Assembly: GCA_045542755.1 (NCBI GenBank)
Contig: JAZQLP010000096.1
Span: forward strand, 1-54,853
Source of the DNA: Eubacteriales bacterium
GTDB lineage: Bacteria; Bacillota; Clostridia; Oscillospirales; UBA644
Direction of reading: 5' to 3'
DNA: 54,853 nucleotides
Position 1 is the stretch's first letter. Each line of letters begins with the position of its first letter. Of this stretch, positions 54,588 through 54,853 are shown one piece after another. A program made the translations under genes and the position numbers. The notes beneath the pieces are model-generated. The model searched no databases and was not told where the DNA came from. It saw only the letters and a program-made list of their open reading frames with translations.

Positions 54588-54853
54588 ATGGCAAAAGCTA
54601 AATTCGAAAGAACCAAACCCCATGTTAACATTGGTACAATCGGCCACGTTGACCATGGTAAAACAACTCTTACTGCTGCAATCACAAAGGTGCTTGCTAT
54701 GGACGGTAAGGCTCAGTACGAAGCTTACGATATGATCGATAAGGCTCCGGAAGAAAGAGAAAGAGGTATCACCATTTCTACCGCTCACGTTGAGTACGAG
54801 TCCAATAAGCGTCACTACGCACACGTTGACTGCCCGGGTCATGCCGACTACGT
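54588..54853 (+). CDS. tuf: Elongation factor Tu (5' part, truncated by window)
   Basis: [27 protein letters not shown]...RGITI...DCPGHADY. Confidence 0.98.
   Translation, partial: MAKAKFERTKPHVNIGTIGHVDHGKTTLTAAITKVLAMDGKAQYEAYDMIDKAPEERERGITISTAHVEYESNKRHYAHVDCPGHADY

Overview
Replication-origin region of a spore-forming Clostridia-type (Oscillospiraceae/Ruminococcaceae-like; inferred from gene style) chromosome. Left of oriC on the minus strand: rpmH-rnpA-yidD-yidC-jag-mnmE-mnmG-trmB, a PG-binding/LysM M14 peptidase and a truncated GH95-like gene. oriC (DnaA boxes, DnaA-trios, AT-rich tract) lies between dnaA and dnaN. It is followed by recF-remB-gyrB-gyrA-glyQS-prfB-rsmA, a mixed block (deacetylase, metA, XRE, NUDIX, ispF, rpsF-ssb-rpsR), ychF-purD-aconitase-smpB-ruvC, a BlaI/BlaR1(M56)-like pair, vanW-like, rplJL with L10 leader, a SipL-like spore protein, a PQQ-propeller protein, an XRE membrane regulator, RNase P RNA, purH, rpoBC and rpsL-rpsG-fusA-tuf. 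I saw no mobile element, CRISPR array, tRNA or rRNA. The window is mostly core genes, and I cannot point to a clear new multi-gene system. The best leads are a near-consensus antisense sigma-A promoter inside the rpoB leader, a probable ~8 kb inversion placing rplJL/rnpB/purH head-on to replication, RF2 without its programmed frameshift, a BlaR1-like receptor with a non-beta-lactam sensor and triple-palindrome operator, a degenerate phosphoesterase-propeller fusion, and candidate RNA leaders. All calls are by eye, without database searches.
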